A stretch of 63,934 nucleotides of DNA, counting the filler, from Stramenopiles sp. TOSAG23-6 (Eukaryota): the NCBI GenBank assembly GCA_900128565.1. It is 28 parts of 28 records of this genome, joined end to end, with 100 filler letters (N's around TTAATTAATTAA, not from the genome) between each part and the next. Parts side by side here need not be neighbours in the genome. Positions count along the whole stretch, not along the records: positions 61,762 to 63,934 come from LT638240.1; 27 more parts are not named here. The stretch is one strand, 5' to 3'. The position numbers were made by a program, and so were the translations under genes. Positions 63,563 to 63,934 of this stretch are shown in pieces. Position 1 is the first letter of the stretch. Every line of letters starts with the position of its first letter. A model generated the notes under the pieces. It searched no databases, had not been told where the DNA came from, and worked only from the letters and a program-made list of their open reading frames with translations.

Positions 63563-63934
63563 TTTTTTTAATATTCTAGTAGTGAAGCCATATTTTGGAT
63601 TATACCCCATTACTTGTGGTTGTATTATTTCATCCACATGTATTTTTATTAATGTTTTGTTGGCGGATTAACCATAATATGTTGTTATTTTCTAAGAAGG
63701 CGCAATGACAAATGGTTTGTTGATGGATGAACCATAATATATTCGTTTTTAGAACTTTGATAAATTTTTTATACAATGTAAACATTATTGTCTTTAATTT
63801 TTATTATTTTTCAGACATTTTTATGTCAATAAAATAGCCGATAGCCCTTTCTTTTTAAAAAATAAAACTTCCTTGTTTGTTCATTTTTTTTTCTACGTCT
63901 TGTTGAGTTCAATATCGCCATTCCTAGAATATTT

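Noticed and set aside
1-63934. CRISPR arrays, rRNA/tRNA/snRNA genes, alternative genetic code
   Set aside because: None recognised by eye. TAA, TAG and TGA all end genes normally. An Infernal search would be needed to exclude snRNAs.

Overview
This window is not contiguous genome. It is 28 short contigs (about 2.17-2.20 kb each, sorted by length) joined by 100-nt N/TTAATTAATTAA/N linkers. The source is an AT-rich eukaryote using the standard genetic code, probably a flagellated protist (IFT122 is present). Recognisable genes include a fidgetin/spastin-like AAA ATPase, SLC30A9, AP3B, ORC1, SERINC, two myotubularins, a KAR/HSD17B12-like SDR, an ankyrin-PARP protein, GcvT/AMT, MnmA/TRMU, GET4, a TPC-like channel, ISCA, TSG101, IFT122 and an eIF4B-like protein. 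The main signal is one stereotyped family of intron-like insertions (mostly 70-130 nt) that interrupts many of the genes and is always in the sense orientation. Consensus: RTAYGTTTT ... TTTCRTACGAAATTTTGTACCTAAC ... AAATATTTTTYMMAAATAYAT. Of about 37 complete copies traced by hand, about 30 end in AT rather than AG and at least two also start with AT. Removing them as GT..AT or AT..AT restores conserved protein motifs, sometimes while a nearby AG would give a frameshift or stop. This suggests a genome dominated by non-canonical GT-AT introns, probably spread as an introner-like element and processed by a modified spliceosome. Two copies in ISCA sit back to back with no exon between them. Splicing is inferred from reading frames only; there are no RNA data here.
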